Source: Candidatus Poriferihabitaceae bacterium (GTDB taxonomy: Bacteria; Pseudomonadota; Gammaproteobacteria; Arenicellales; Poriferihabitantaceae). From it: 64,000 nucleotides of DNA. The notes under the pieces were generated by a model. The model did no database searches. It worked only from the letters and a program-made list of their open reading frames with translations, and had not been told where the DNA came from. Shown one piece after another: positions 1 to 9,006 of this stretch; the stretch's first letter is position 1; each line of letters starts with the position of its first letter. The stretch covers positions 927,154 to 991,153 of the forward strand of contig OZ243941.1 in assembly GCA_965214205.1 (NCBI GenBank), written 5' to 3'. A program made the position numbers and the translations under genes.

Positions 1-301
1 CGGAAGGTTTGTTGATGATCATGATCTGATCGTCCTGATCCAGGATTTCCAGGTCAATCGGTTCGGGCAGGCAGTCCGTAACGGGAGAGCATGGAACCTG
101 AATTTCCAGCGCTTCCTCTCCCGACAGCCTGAATTTCTGCTTTACTGATTCCCCGTCCACCCGCACCAGACCCTGCCTGATCCACTGTTGAACCGTATTT
201 CTGGTATATTCCGGCAGCAATTTCGAAAGCGCCTTGTCCACACGTTCCCCCTCCATTTGCGGGGTGGACTGGATAAAAAGATGGGATTCGGATTCCGACA
301 T
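1..301 (-). CDS. rluD: 23S rRNA pseudouridine synthase RluD, N-terminal part (runs off window start)
   Basis: Manual translation from ATG at 301: MSESESHL...GERVDKALSKLLPEYTRNTVQQWIRQGLVRVDG...IDLEILDQDDQIMIINKPS (S4 domain plus the RluA-family INKP motif); divergent from bamD, the conserved arrangement. Confidence 0.9.
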   Translation of the reverse strand, partial: MSESESHLFIQSTPQMEGERVDKALSKLLPEYTRNTVQQWIRQGLVRVDGESVKQKFRLSGEEALEIQVPCSPVTDCLPEPIDLEILDQDDQIMIINKPS

Positions 302-392
302 GGCGATTTAGTTATGGCACAATGGGCGCTTCAATTATTATAATTGCGGCTCCGGTCAAGCAAATCCAATTCTACCCCATAGTAAAAATCCC

Positions 393-1304
393 GTGCCAAT
401 GACAATCAACACTGCTGGAGGCTGGTTTTTCAGCGACGCTAACCGAAGCAGGCCGCTGGCTGTTCGACTGTTCATCCTCATTTTATCCTGCCTGCTGGTG
501 GCCGGATGCGCCACCAACAAGGAGAAAGAGGAGGATAAAACCGTGGAGGAGCTTTACAGCGATGCCAGGGAAAGTATGGACAATGGAAACTGGGAAACGG
601 CTCTCGGACAGTTGCGCACGCTGGAGGCGAGATACCCCTACGGCAAGCACGCGATTCAGGCCCAGATCGACACGGTCTATATCTATTATCGAAGTGAGCA
701 GACCGGGCTGGCTATGGCGGCCGCGGACCGGTTCATCAAACTGCACCCGACCCATTCCTCGGTGGACTACATCTATTATCTGAAGGGCCTGGCCAGTTTC
801 GAGGAAGACCCGACGATGCTGGGCAGGCTGCTTGGGCATGACGATCTGAGTGACCGGGACGCATCGCCGATGTATGACGCGTTGACTGCCTTTCAGGAGG
901 TGTATACCCGTTTCCCCGACAGCCGGTATACCCCGGACGCCCGGGTCCGGGCCCAGCGTCTGCTGGAGTCGATGGCCAGAAATGAAATTGTGGTCGCGAA
1001 ATACTATTACTCCAAGGATGCCCATGTGGCCGTGGTCAACCGGGCCAGCGGAGTGGTTCAGGACTATGCCTCAACTCCCGCCGTCGAAGAGGCGCTGGCC
1101 CTGATGATGTCGAGTTACCGCAAGATGGGCATGAATGATCTCTCCGACGACGCCCGCAGAGTACTCGAACACAACTTCCCGGACAGCGAATACCTTGACC
1201 AGTATTCCGACATAAAGATGGATGACAGCAAAGCGAAACCAGGCTGGTTTTCCAGGATTATGAACCGCTTTCGGAAATCTGATTCTGCCTCTGCTGGCGA
1301 GTAG
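393..1304 (+). CDS. bamD: Outer membrane protein assembly factor BamD (ComL) lipoprotein
   Basis: Lipobox LVAGC; TPR-like motifs LEARYPYG, DRFIKLHPTH, YYLKGL, RFPDSRY; synteny with rluD. Start codon uncertain. Confidence 0.93.
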   Translation: MPMTINTAGGWFFSDANRSRPLAVRLFILILSCLLVAGCATNKEKEEDKTVEELYSDARESMDNGNWETALGQLRTLEARYPYGKHAIQAQIDTVYIYYRSEQTGLAMAAADRFIKLHPTHSSVDYIYYLKGLASFEEDPTMLGRLLGHDDLSDRDASPMYDALTAFQEVYTRFPDSRYTPDARVRAQRLLESMARNEIVVAKYYYSKDAHVAVVNRASGVVQDYASTPAVEEALALMMSSYRKMGMNDLSDDARRVLEHNFPDSEYLDQYSDIKMDDSKAKPGWFSRIMNRFRKSDSASAGE

Positions 1305-1332
1305 TAGTACAATACGCGCTTTCTACCGATGT

Positions 1333-1409
1333 CGGGGTGTAGCTCAGCCTGGTAGAGTACTGCCTTCGGGAGGCAGGGGCCGGTGGTTCGAATCCACTCA
1401 CCCCGACCA
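1333..1409 (+). tRNA. tRNA-Pro (anticodon CGG)
   Basis: CGGGGTGTAGCTCAGCCTGGTAGAGTA...; anticodon arm CTGCC-TTCGGGA-GGCAG; T-arm GGTTCGAATCC; 3' end CACCCCGACCA with encoded CCA. Confidence 0.97.
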
Positions 1410-1425
1410 TACTAATCAACGCCAT

Positions 1426-1448
1426 CGCGTCAAAGTGGCTTTGACGCG
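1426..1448. terminator. Hairpin between the convergent tRNA-Pro and ABC permease genes
   Basis: CGCGTCAAAG-TGG-CTTTGACGCG, a perfect 10-bp inverted repeat; no strong U-tract. Confidence 0.55.
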
Positions 1449-1487
1449 CGCCGCCGGAATGCCGCGCCCCTTGCCGGTTCCTTGAGG

Positions 1488-3548
1488 TCAGTTCATATCC
1501 AGCGCCTTTTTGCGCTCGTTCGCCCAGGTCCGTATGATCTGATCAACCGCAAGGCCCATAAAGGCGACACACAACCCCAGTGTCAGCCCGATTCCAGTGC
1601 CTTGTGGATCCGATATGGCTTTCAGGATCAGCTGTCCAAGATCGGTGGTGCCGATAAAGGCCCCGATGATCACCATGAACAAGGCAAAGATCGCGGTCTG
1701 ATTCACACCCAGCATGATATGAGGGAATGCCAGGGGCAGTTCAATCGAGAGCCATCTCTGGGTGCGCGATACGCCCAGCATGGAGCCGGTATCATGCAGA
1801 ACCTGCGGGACGCTGCGAAGCCCTTCGACGGTGTAGCGTGTCGCCGGGACGGTGGCGTAGACTACGGCGGCGATGATCACGGAGGTATCGGTGATGCCGA
1901 ACAGCATGATCACCGGGATCAGGTAGATGAACGAGGGGAAGGTCTGGAGAAAATCACAGATCAGCAGGACGCTCTTGCTGGCGACGGAACTCTGAGCGCA
2001 CAGGGAACCGATGATGACGCCGAGAATCGTCGAGACAATCACGGAGAACGAGGCCATGTAGGCCGTGATCAGGGCTCGGTCCCAGTATTCCGACAGCGCG
2101 ATGAAAAGCAGGAATCCGCCAATGATCAGCGCCTGTCGGACGCCTGCCAGAATGTATCCAATGCCCATCATCAGCACAAAGGTCGCCGCGACGGGCATAC
2201 TGAGATACATGTTTTTCATTGGCACCAATATGGCCGTGATCAGGAACTCGTTGAAACTGTTCAGCATGTAGAAGAACGTGTCCCATACCCAATCCACCGC
2301 GGCCTGCCATAATGGCGCGGTCGTAATCCCCTTGTTGTGCGGAATAATGTACAGATAGTTAAAGCCCTCCCTGAAAATGAAGCTGCCGATCCAGGCCAAT
2401 GCCGTACCAACCAGAAAGACAGCCAGAGCCAGCAATCCGTATCGGTGACGCTGTATAAATGTCAGGTCGGCAAAGTAGTCCGTTTGTTTGTTTGCCCAGG
2501 CCAAGGACATCTTGTCCAGCACAACCGCAATCAGCACGATACAGACCCCGATCTCGATTCCGGTGCCGACCCTGAGAGAATTCAGCGCGATCATCAGGTT
2601 GGAACCCAGACCCTGGGCGCCGATAAACGAAGCGATCACGGTCATCGCCAGGCATTGCATGACCGTCTGGTTAACGCCGATCAGGATGTCACGCCTCGCT
2701 GTGGGAATCAGCACCCGGAACATCAACTGGAATTTGTTGCATCCACTCATCATGCCGGAGTCAACCACATCCGGGCGCACTTTCTTTAATCCCAACAGCG
2801 TCAACCGAACCATTGGCGGTGTGGCGAACACGATGGTTGCAATCGCGGCGGCATGGTCTCCGACTCCGAACAGCACGATTACCGGAACCAGATACGAATA
2901 GTGCGGCATGGTCTGGGCAATGTTGAGGAGTGGATTCAGGGTTTCCTCAATAAACTTGCTCTTGTAGGCCCAGATACCCAGCGTCAGCCCGAGAATAACG
3001 GATACCGGCGCGGCAATCAGTATAAATGACAAGGTCTCCATCGAAGGCTTCCACTGTCCAAATATCGCGATAAATGTCATACAGACCCCGGTCAGTATGG
3101 CCAGCCACAGTCCCTGCAGCCTGTACCCCAGAATAATGGCCCAGCCGGTAATCACTGTCCAGGGCAGGGCAGGCCAGCGCGCCCAGGGATTCTCATTGAT
3201 AAAATCCCAACTGGTAAAGGCGACGACCGTCTTGTTTCCTCCCAGAAAGATTTCCCGGACAAAATTGATCACGAACAGAAACAGGCCGGAGACAGCCCTG
3301 GTGATTTCCCGAAACAGGGCTTCCTCTTCATAATCTTCAATGATCGGGTCGTATACCTTCACCGGCCACCAGTCGAACATGAGATGTCGGACCGAATCGT
3401 TGATGATCGTGGGCAGTTGCTGCAGCAACGACGGCAGGCGCCACATATAATTCGATTCAGAGGGGCTGATCAAAAGGCACAGCAGGAAAAATACCGCCAA
3501 CAGGACGGCAAACTGAATGACTTTCGGGTGTTTGGTCAGGAAAGTCAT
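1488..3548 (-). CDS. tmoV: Quaternary amine/TMAO ABC transporter permease (fused double ProW-type module), TmoV-like
   Basis: Two ProW-like repeats (QTMPHYSYLVP / QTFPSFIYLIP; GVNQT...IGA). Start placed at MTFLTKH (3548) because the longer ORF overlaps the ATPase gene. Confidence 0.75.
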   Translation of the reverse strand: MTFLTKHPKVIQFAVLLAVFFLLCLLISPSESNYMWRLPSLLQQLPTIINDSVRHLMFDWWPVKVYDPIIEDYEEEALFREITRAVSGLFLFVINFVREIFLGGNKTVVAFTSWDFINENPWARWPALPWTVITGWAIILGYRLQGLWLAILTGVCMTFIAIFGQWKPSMETLSFILIAAPVSVILGLTLGIWAYKSKFIEETLNPLLNIAQTMPHYSYLVPVIVLFGVGDHAAAIATIVFATPPMVRLTLLGLKKVRPDVVDSGMMSGCNKFQLMFRVLIPTARRDILIGVNQTVMQCLAMTVIASFIGAQGLGSNLMIALNSLRVGTGIEIGVCIVLIAVVLDKMSLAWANKQTDYFADLTFIQRHRYGLLALAVFLVGTALAWIGSFIFREGFNYLYIIPHNKGITTAPLWQAAVDWVWDTFFYMLNSFNEFLITAILVPMKNMYLSMPVAATFVLMMGIGYILAGVRQALIIGGFLLFIALSEYWDRALITAYMASFSVIVSTILGVIIGSLCAQSSVASKSVLLICDFLQTFPSFIYLIPVIMLFGITDTSVIIAAVVYATVPATRYTVEGLRSVPQVLHDTGSMLGVSRTQRWLSIELPLAFPHIMLGVNQTAIFALFMVIIGAFIGTTDLGQLILKAISDPQGTGIGLTLGLCVAFMGLAVDQIIRTWANERKKALDMN

Positions 3549-3558
3549 TGGACGGTGA

Positions 3559-4629
3559 TCAGCGCTGTTCCAGGGTACCGGACTTTCCTCCGAACAACAC
3601 CTTGAGTACGTGAGAGGCATGCAGGACCCCCACCACTTCGCCATCCGGATTCACGACCGCCACCGGTTTTTCCTGTCCGAGAATATTCTCCGCGACCGAT
3701 TCAATCACGGCATCCACGGGAACCTTGAGATCACCGAATACTTCCGCGGCGGACACAGGGTCCATTACGGATTGCACCCGCAGCACCTTTTCCCGTGGCA
3801 CGTCCTCCGTGAACTTTCGTACATATTCGGTCGCCGGACTCAATACGATGTTGGAAGGCGTGTCCAGTTGCTCGACCACTCCATCTTTCATGATGGCTAT
3901 GCGGTCGGCGAGGCGCAGGGCTTCGTCAAAATCATGGGTGACAAACAGAATGGTCTTGCCCAGAACCCCCTGCAGACGCAGGAATTCATCCTGCATTTCC
4001 TTGCGGATCAACGGGTCCAGCGCGGAGAACGGCTCATCCAGAAACCAGATGTCCGGCTCGACAGCCAGGGAGCGCGCGATCCCCACCCTTTGCTGTTGGC
4101 CGCCGGACAGTTCTCGGGGAAAATAATTCTCGCGTCTCTCCAAGCCAACCAGTTGCACCATTTCCATCGCTCTTTTGACACTATTCCGGGTGCTGATTCC
4201 CTTCACCTGCAATGGAAATGCGATATTCTCCAGAACGGTCTTGTGCGGCAACAGTCCGAAATTCTGGAAGACCATGCCCATTTTGTTTCGCCGCAACTCG
4301 ACGAGTTGCTTGTGATTCATGGTCAGGATGTCTTGCCCCTCGATAAAAATCTGACCGGCGGTGGCGTCCGTCAATCTCGATATGCATCGGAGCAGGGTTG
4401 ACTTGCCAGAGCCGGACAAGCCCATGATCACCAGGATTTCCCCTTCGACCACATCGAAGGAGACATCATTGACACCCACGATCAGCCCCGCCTCCATGAA
4501 CCGTTTGGCGTCTACAACGCCACCAGATTCCCGGAGCATGGTCGTGGCGTTATTGCCGAATATCTTGTAGACAGATTCGCACCGGATAATGGTCTGTTGT
4601 TTCCCGGCCGATTCTTCTTGAGATGACAT
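3559..4629 (-). CDS. tmoW: ProV-family ABC ATP-binding subunit, TmoW-like
   Basis: Walker A GLSGSGKST, signature LSGGQQQRV, Walker B FLDEPFSALD, C-terminal CBS-like region. Start placed at MSSQEES. Confidence 0.78.
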   Translation of the reverse strand: MSSQEESAGKQQTIIRCESVYKIFGNNATTMLRESGGVVDAKRFMEAGLIVGVNDVSFDVVEGEILVIMGLSGSGKSTLLRCISRLTDATAGQIFIEGQDILTMNHKQLVELRRNKMGMVFQNFGLLPHKTVLENIAFPLQVKGISTRNSVKRAMEMVQLVGLERRENYFPRELSGGQQQRVGIARSLAVEPDIWFLDEPFSALDPLIRKEMQDEFLRLQGVLGKTILFVTHDFDEALRLADRIAIMKDGVVEQLDTPSNIVLSPATEYVRKFTEDVPREKVLRVQSVMDPVSAAEVFGDLKVPVDAVIESVAENILGQEKPVAVVNPDGEVVGVLHASHVLKVLFGGKSGTLEQR

Positions 4630-4705
4630 ATCCGAAATTATGGTTTCCACATGATGATACGGGTAGAGTACCTTATTTCCTGCCCGATTTGTGAACCCCA
4701 AACCT

Positions 4706-4743
4706 AAAAACGGATTCCCCCCTTCAAAAAGAGGGGAATCCGT
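4706..4743 (-). terminator. Intrinsic terminator or stabilising hairpin after the binding-protein gene
   Basis: ACGGATTCCCC (4710-4720) pairs with GGGGAATCCGT (4733-4743), followed by a T-run on the minus strand. Confidence 0.7.
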
Positions 4744-4788
4744 GGAGTTGGCTTAAAGTCCCCGCAGTTTACGGGAGGACTGCCGCCG

Positions 4789-5766
4789 TCAATTACTCTC
4801 CCCGAGTATGGATACGGTCCAGGGTTTCCAGACTTCCTCATTATCCGCCAGCCACTTGACGGCCGCGTCTGCATGGGTCATGCCATCGACATCAACCAAC
4901 GCAGCCATCGAACCGATCTGTGGAGTGGTGAACGACAATTTGGAAAATGTCGTGTACGCCCGGGGATGTGATTTCGGGAATCGGTAGTTGGCGCCTTTCT
5001 TCAGCCAGCCTACCGGAGAGCCGCAGCCGGTTGTGCTCAGGTCGCCGCCGTCCGCGATTCTGCAACCGTCATAGTACGGTGGAAATTCAATGAAGGTAAA
5101 TCCGGAGGCATCCGTAAAGTTGGGCGTCCAGTTGAAGATAATGGTTCCGCGACCTTCTTTCTCAGCGGCCTTGAGCTCGGTCCAGAGCGCATCCGCGGCG
5201 CCCGCGAACTTCACAACCCATGTATCATCCAGGCCCAAGCCCTTGAGACGGTTCGGCATGACATCGCCATGCCAGCTTTGCGGGCCTTCCAGCCAGCGGC
5301 CCTTGCCATCGGAATCCGGCGTCGCGAAATTTGCGTGACAGTCTTTCAGCGCCTCCCAGCTTGGCAGGCCCGGACAAAGATCCTTTTCGATGACCCAGTT
5401 GGGCACTCCCATCTCTTCCAGGGTTTCCGCGGCGTGGGTGCCCATGTCGATCAACCCGCCTTTTTCCATGGCGCTGTAATAGGCGTTCTGCATCGTGGAT
5501 TGCCAGACTTCGTGAACGATGGTGAGATCGCCGGCGCGAACCGCCTCGAAGCTGGCCTGATTGTCTACCGGGACATATTCAACATTGTTTCCCATGCTTT
5601 CGAATATGCCGCCGATCACATGCGCCATAACGACCTGGCTGGACCAGTTCTTGATCGGTATCTTGATCGGTTCACTGCTGTCCGCCGCCATGACGGGACC
5701 CGTCGTCAGAAAAAAACAAACGGCTGACAGCATGGCTGTCAATGGCTTGATACTTGGTGTTTTCAT
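4789..5766 (-). CDS. tmoX: Glycine-betaine-family substrate-binding protein, TmoX (TMAO-binding)-like
   Basis: Signal peptide; NWSSQVVM, HEVWQS, CPGLPSWEAL, GPQSWHG and FNWTPNF resemble marine TmoX proteins as I recall them; gene order SBP-ATPase-permease. Confidence 0.72.
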   Translation of the reverse strand: MKTPSIKPLTAMLSAVCFFLTTGPVMAADSSEPIKIPIKNWSSQVVMAHVIGGIFESMGNNVEYVPVDNQASFEAVRAGDLTIVHEVWQSTMQNAYYSAMEKGGLIDMGTHAAETLEEMGVPNWVIEKDLCPGLPSWEALKDCHANFATPDSDGKGRWLEGPQSWHGDVMPNRLKGLGLDDTWVVKFAGAADALWTELKAAEKEGRGTIIFNWTPNFTDASGFTFIEFPPYYDGCRIADGGDLSTTGCGSPVGWLKKGANYRFPKSHPRAYTTFSKLSFTTPQIGSMAALVDVDGMTHADAAVKWLADNEEVWKPWTVSILGESN

Positions 5767-5927
5767 AATAATCTCCGTTGGTATTTGTAAATAGAATATA
5801 TTAATAATTGTTTTGAGTAAAAATTATAAGGGCGCGACTATAGCTTGAAACCCTTTTTTTGGGAAGTACCATTTCTGCACCATATCGAACAGGGAAAACA
5901 CTGGACAACCCGGCTCGCTTCCAGCTC

Positions 5928-6611
5928 CTAATCGTCGGGTTTTGCCGCCCCGATGCCTTTGTGGGGTATAAAGATGCCGCAACCGAACAATCTGCCCGGC
6001 CCCAGTCCGTTTTGCTGTAAACGGATGGATTCGTCGAATTCAAGGTCTGCCAGCATGACACTTCTGACCGATAGCCGATCTGTACGCCTTTGCAGATATC
6101 GGTGTCGGCCACACAGGATTTTCTGTGGCGTGATGCCCATCTGATCGAGTTCAGTGACCATTCGCTCGATAAACCCGGATTCGCTTTCCTGTTCTTCAAA
6201 AATGACCCGCCGCGCAAACAGGGTGGACGACCTGGTCAGAAGCAGTGTGTTGGTTCGGCCTATGGTGATCGTATGACCGTCGATATCCAGCTTCTGGCCG
6301 ATCAATGTTTTTGCCTGCTCAAGACGCTGTTTCGGCAACCGCAATCTCAGACGAAGCCGTTTCGACGCGAAGAACCATTGTCGGGGACTATCGGGCTGTC
6401 GCGTCCAGCCGCTGCCCGATTCAGGGTAGTTGATCAAATGTATGCCAGCCTGAGGCTCATCTTCCAGCCAGGGCAGCCGGTTCAGTACCGCATCGGATAA
6501 CGCGCTCGCATGATCCAGCGGCAGTGTTTTCGCTTCGATACGGAACGAGATATCCTGTATCCAGTCGGGGACAGCCGATTGCGCCCTGTCCCGGGTTTCA
6601 TGCCAGATCAT
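5928..6611 (-). CDS. cas6: Cas6-family RAMP endoribonuclease-like protein (Cmx6/type I-MYXAN-like), solo
   Basis: N-terminal DISF...LPLDH..AL and GIH motifs, RLRLRLP, and the C-terminal glycine-rich loop LQQNGLGPGRLFGCGIFIP typical of Cas6. Confidence 0.82.
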   Translation of the reverse strand: MIWHETRDRAQSAVPDWIQDISFRIEAKTLPLDHASALSDAVLNRLPWLEDEPQAGIHLINYPESGSGWTRQPDSPRQWFFASKRLRLRLRLPKQRLEQAKTLIGQKLDIDGHTITIGRTNTLLLTRSSTLFARRVIFEEQESESGFIERMVTELDQMGITPQKILCGRHRYLQRRTDRLSVRSVMLADLEFDESIRLQQNGLGPGRLFGCGIFIPHKGIGAAKPDD

Positions 6612-6635
6612 GGTTCCGCCCCGTCCCCGTCTTCG

Positions 6636-7349
6636 TCAGTCGTCGTCCGGCAGTCCGGCCTGTATCTGATTGCGGTCGAACCACCACTGCTCCTGTACCA
6701 GTACGTCAATTACATTACGCAGTCGAACCAGAAACTTTTCCGGGTTATCCAGTTCCATCTTCTCGACCCACTGATCGAAGGCGGTCTGATCATGGGCATC
6801 GGCATGGCGGCGGCCAACGGTGGTCAGCATCTGCATGGCATCGACATACAACCCGGGGTCTTCGACCTGCTCCTTGCGTAGATCATGGACATAGACTGCG
6901 GTCGCGGCGGCCACAGCGGCGCCATCGGCATCGTCAGCGGTTTCGTCAATGACATGTTGCAGCATGTCAATGGTGATTTTCGGGTTGACCGGGAAGGTGA
7001 CCGCCAGCCAGACCCCCTGACCGAGCGCGGCCAGACTGTCCGCATGATTGCACTGGAAAAGGAGATCGCACAAATCAATCACTGCTGGCCAGTCGTGGGC
7101 AGTAAAAAGTGAGTCGAATTGCGCTCTTGCCCGTTGCCATGCACGCTCGCGTTGTCCCAGTTCGAGCAGTAGCCAGGCGGCATCCTTGTCAAGCCGGGCA
7201 ATCAGGACCGGGTTCAGCTCAGCCGCCATCCGTTGTTCGTTCAGGCGGGTTTCGAGCAGGGCCAGCCGTTGTTTGAGGGCAGCGGTCGAGACGACCGTAT
7301 CGGCGCCGGTTTCAGCGCCGAAGTCAAATCGGGTTTTGGGTGGTGGCAT
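6636..7349 (-). CDS. Hypothetical alpha-helical (TPR-like) protein
   Basis: 237-aa Ala/Leu-rich helical ORF tightly spaced between the tauD-like and cas6-like genes; no recognised catalytic motif. Confidence 0.7.
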   Translation of the reverse strand: MPPPKTRFDFGAETGADTVVSTAALKQRLALLETRLNEQRMAAELNPVLIARLDKDAAWLLLELGQRERAWQRARAQFDSLFTAHDWPAVIDLCDLLFQCNHADSLAALGQGVWLAVTFPVNPKITIDMLQHVIDETADDADGAAVAAATAVYVHDLRKEQVEDPGLYVDAMQMLTTVGRRHADAHDQTAFDQWVEKMELDNPEKFLVRLRNVIDVLVQEQWWFDRNQIQAGLPDDD

Positions 7350-7375
7350 TCAGGGTTATTTCCAGTGATCAGGGG

Positions 7376-8299
7376 TTAATCAGGAATCTGCGTGTCGATC
7401 CGGTCCAGGTAGCGGACACGATAAAGCAGCCGATTTTGTTGTTCGCATTGTACAAATGACGTTCTGTTGTGCAGGATATTATTGCAGATCAGCCCTTCGC
7501 CGGGGGACAGGGTGTGTCTGATGACATATTCGGAGTTCTCCAGCAAATCGGTCAACGCTGCCCGTGCCTCACTGAGAACCGGGTCGGCGCGCCACAGGAC
7601 AGACCGGGTGCGGGCAGTATACCGCATCCACAGCCGACCGCTGGCGGTGACCGCAAAAACCGGGCCGGTGACGCTCTGCCGAATGTTGCGGTGGTCGGTT
7701 CGATTGGCTGGAATAGTCATCGCTTCAGGGTGCGTCAGCGCCGCGATATAATCCGGGTTCTGATCGCGTAGCAGGATATAGGCAATCTCGTGATCCAGCA
7801 GATGATTCTCTCCGCCGCCGGGCGCTGATTCGACGCAATGCAGGATAAATGACTGAATCCTGTCACTTGTGCTATCGCTGTCACCGGCAGACTGGTAATA
7901 ACCATCCGTATGCCAGTTCAATGATTGGTTGGTATAGGGAATAAATCTCTGTTGTCTGTGGTTGCGGCTTACCTGGACTTCGCTGATGCCCTGATCATCC
8001 GCATAGAGATTGGAGACGATATGTTGCAGCCCCATGCAGGCGCCGAGTTCCAGCACGTCGCCTCGACTCATTGCGGCGTCACTGTGGTAAAAGCAGAGAT
8101 TGTTGCTGTCACAGGATGCTTGCAGGGATTGTCGTTCGCTGGAAGAGATATTGCCGGGTTCTGCGATTCGGGTTTTAAGCGTCGATGAATCGGTCACATA
8201 GCGGGCCAGTTTCCACTCTCGCCAACGCTGGTAAGCCGTCTGGTCGCCGAGGTCGAATGGATTACATTGCGGTGGCGGCGCGGCGATCTTTAGATCCAT
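7376..8299 (-). CDS. TauD/TfdA-family Fe(II)/2-oxoglutarate dioxygenase-like protein
   Basis: HxD motif WHTDGYY, LHC...GGEN, distal NNILHNR; its ATG overlaps the DUF924 stop codon (TGATG). Confidence 0.82.
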   Translation of the reverse strand: MDLKIAAPPPQCNPFDLGDQTAYQRWREWKLARYVTDSSTLKTRIAEPGNISSSERQSLQASCDSNNLCFYHSDAAMSRGDVLELGACMGLQHIVSNLYADDQGISEVQVSRNHRQQRFIPYTNQSLNWHTDGYYQSAGDSDSTSDRIQSFILHCVESAPGGGENHLLDHEIAYILLRDQNPDYIAALTHPEAMTIPANRTDHRNIRQSVTGPVFAVTASGRLWMRYTARTRSVLWRADPVLSEARAALTDLLENSEYVIRHTLSPGEGLICNNILHNRTSFVQCEQQNRLLYRVRYLDRIDTQIPD

Positions 8300-8898
8300 C
8301 AAAAGGAAGACCCGGGCTGGTTCAGGAAAGCCAGTTCTTCGGCGGTGGATTCGCGGCCCAGAATCTGATTGCGATGCGGGTAGCGTCCGAACCGCTCGAT
8401 AATCTCGAAATGCCGGTAGGCGAATTGATAATATCCATCGAACATTTCCCGCTCGTCCGGTTCCACCGAATTGCGCAGATTGTCGTACAGCGTCAATGAT
8501 TTGTGCTGCATGGCAATGTCCTCGCTATGCTCGAACGGCAACCAGGCAAACACCCGGTAAACAGGAAGCAGTGTCTGGTCCCAGGCTTTGTTGACCATTT
8601 CCATCGCTAGACGAAGCGCGGCCTGATCAAAGGAAAAGGACTCGGCGGCGCCCCGATACATATTCCTGGGAAATTGGTCCAGGCAGATAATCGAGGCCAG
8701 CAGTCCACGAGCAGAGCGCTGCATTCGTGACATTTCACCCCGATATACCGCATTCGTAATACTCTCAAACCGCTCCGTGATTTCCCGGTCTGTCTGATCG
8801 TTTTTCGACCACCACAGTGACTTTTTTTGGTCGTTGATTTCCCGGTTTGAAGTATGATCGCCAAACCAGAACTGGATAATGCTGTCTGTTGTTTCCAT
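8299..8898 (-). CDS. DUF924 family protein
   Basis: FWF, LDQFPRNMYRG, LPFEHSED, IIERFGRYPHRN..LGREST..E..FL are all DUF924-type motifs; start placed at METTDS. Confidence 0.88.
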   Translation of the reverse strand: METTDSIIQFWFGDHTSNREINDQKKSLWWSKNDQTDREITERFESITNAVYRGEMSRMQRSARGLLASIICLDQFPRNMYRGAAESFSFDQAALRLAMEMVNKAWDQTLLPVYRVFAWLPFEHSEDIAMQHKSLTLYDNLRNSVEPDEREMFDGYYQFAYRHFEIIERFGRYPHRNQILGRESTAEELAFLNQPGSSF

Positions 8899-8976
8899 AA
8901 TTATAGAGTCAGTGTGAGTATGAATCCGTTTATGGTACGCTAAAAAAGCGCAATCTTTCACGCTATTCCATGAATT

Positions 8977-9006
8977 GGGTCATTACCCTATATCCCGGAA
9001 GGGATA
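8977..9006. promoter_or_regulatory. Palindromic site(s) in the divergent dsrA / DUF924-cas6 promoter region
   Basis: GGGT-CATT-ACCC (8977-8988) and TATCCC-GGAA-GGGATA (8991-9006); the latter can be read as a 7-2-7 inverted heptamer, as in NarL-family boxes. Confidence 0.45.

Noticed and set aside
1200-1304. Extended basic/amphipathic C-terminal tail of BamD
   Set aside because: Variable tails of this kind are common in BamD proteins and nothing suggests a separate function.
1333-1487. tRNA-Pro as an integration site for an island
   Set aside because: No integrase gene and no duplicated tRNA 3' end seen in the window.
5767-5927. Possible CRISPR array or mini-array next to cas6
   Set aside because: No direct repeats with spacers here or in any other intergenic region I read; this is an AT-rich promoter region for the SBP gene.
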